In this document: piece after piece, positions 63,151 to 64,000 of the stretch | Position numbering within the stretch: the stretch's first letter is position 1 | How the letters are laid out: every line of letters starts with the position of its first letter | Origin: the human T2T-CHM13v2.0 reference genome, Homo sapiens | Direction: 5' to 3' (one strand) | DNA: 64,000 nt | Assembly (NCBI RefSeq): GCF_009914755.1 | Contig: NC_060929.1 | Notes under the pieces: generated by a model | What the model was told of the DNA's origin: nothing | The model's database searches: none | What the model saw: the letters and a program-made list of their open reading frames with translations, nothing else | Position numbers and translations under genes: made by a program

Positions 63151-64000
63151 TTAATTTTCACTGGGAAAGATTATTGAACTGTATGCTGTGTTCATTAGCA
63201 ATCTCGCCATATCAAATTTTTGCTACCTGGGTTGAAACAGGGAATTTGCATGTCTTTCTAAAATGCATGCGTTTTTGTCTGCAGATGTCAAATAGGCAAG
63301 GCACAGCTGAATAAGACATGGAAATGTAGCTTGTTACAAGTATAGTGTGTGGAGGAATTTCTAATCTCTTTCTGTCCAATCAGCTATGCAGTAAGAGCTC
63401 AGTTTTCATCCTCTAGCCCTGAATAGAATGGGGGCATCATCAGCAATCTATTCTGGAGCATACATTTTTAAAGTGCTTTGAAGAGAAAAATTTTCATCTA
63501 CTAAGTAGTGAAGAACTCCTGATTAATAATCGCATTTCTTTTAATTTGTTTAAATTGAGATGATTAGGAGAAAACAAAGATGGGGGAAAGATTCAGGATT
63601 TTAGAGAGTTATTACATCCTGATTCGGGTGATTATCCGTACTCTCCACCTCGGACACACTGTGAGCTTTATTTACGTACATTTTGAGGCAGACAAGATTA
63701 GCTAGATCCCAGGTGTCCATTACCCTGTGACCTTTTACCAATACAGGTAAGAAATCTTAAACTCAAGCAGAAACCTGTACACAGCTGATCTCTTTAGGAG
63801 TCTATAAATCTGGGGCATGTGCTGTGAGATGTGTGCAAGCCTTGTTGGGTCACTCTCTGTTAGGAGAAGGCCCCCCAGTTAAGGCAAAGGACAACCCAAC
63901 CTATTCCCAAATTGACCTGTGTAGCAGAATCAGCTTTGGTCTTAATAATGCAAGGAATCAAAGAGCCTTTGGTGTTGAATGAAGTATGCTATACCTTAGC

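Overview
Primate, almost certainly human, genomic DNA inside the IQGAP2 gene on the + strand. Only one coding exon is present: 1326-1425, 100 bp, encoding (S)IVDDERLSAEEMDERRRQNIAYEYLCHLEEAK(R), the N-terminal IQGAP segment. The remaining ~62.5 kb is one long intron. It is packed with Alu elements (mostly antisense), old L1M/L2/MIR relics, MaLR/ERV1 solo LTRs and Tigger/MER DNA transposons. The main non-repeat insert is a decayed processed pseudogene of sulfiredoxin-1 (SRXN1) at ~50155-51400, with 3'UTR, AATAAA, residual poly(A) and a target-site duplication (TSD). A 35-bp piece of it recurs exactly 900 bp upstream, outside the TSD. Other oddities are chimeric inverted Alu patchworks inside a Tigger3 element, a ~70-bp L1PA micro-insertion, a young AluYa-lineage copy, two small perfect palindromes, a 46-bp tandem duplication and an RFX X-box. 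I see no evidence of a new multi-gene system. Nearly all listed ORFs are repeat-derived or chance. Repeat subfamily names and parent-gene matches come from recalled consensus sequences, not database searches, and repeat boundaries are approximate.
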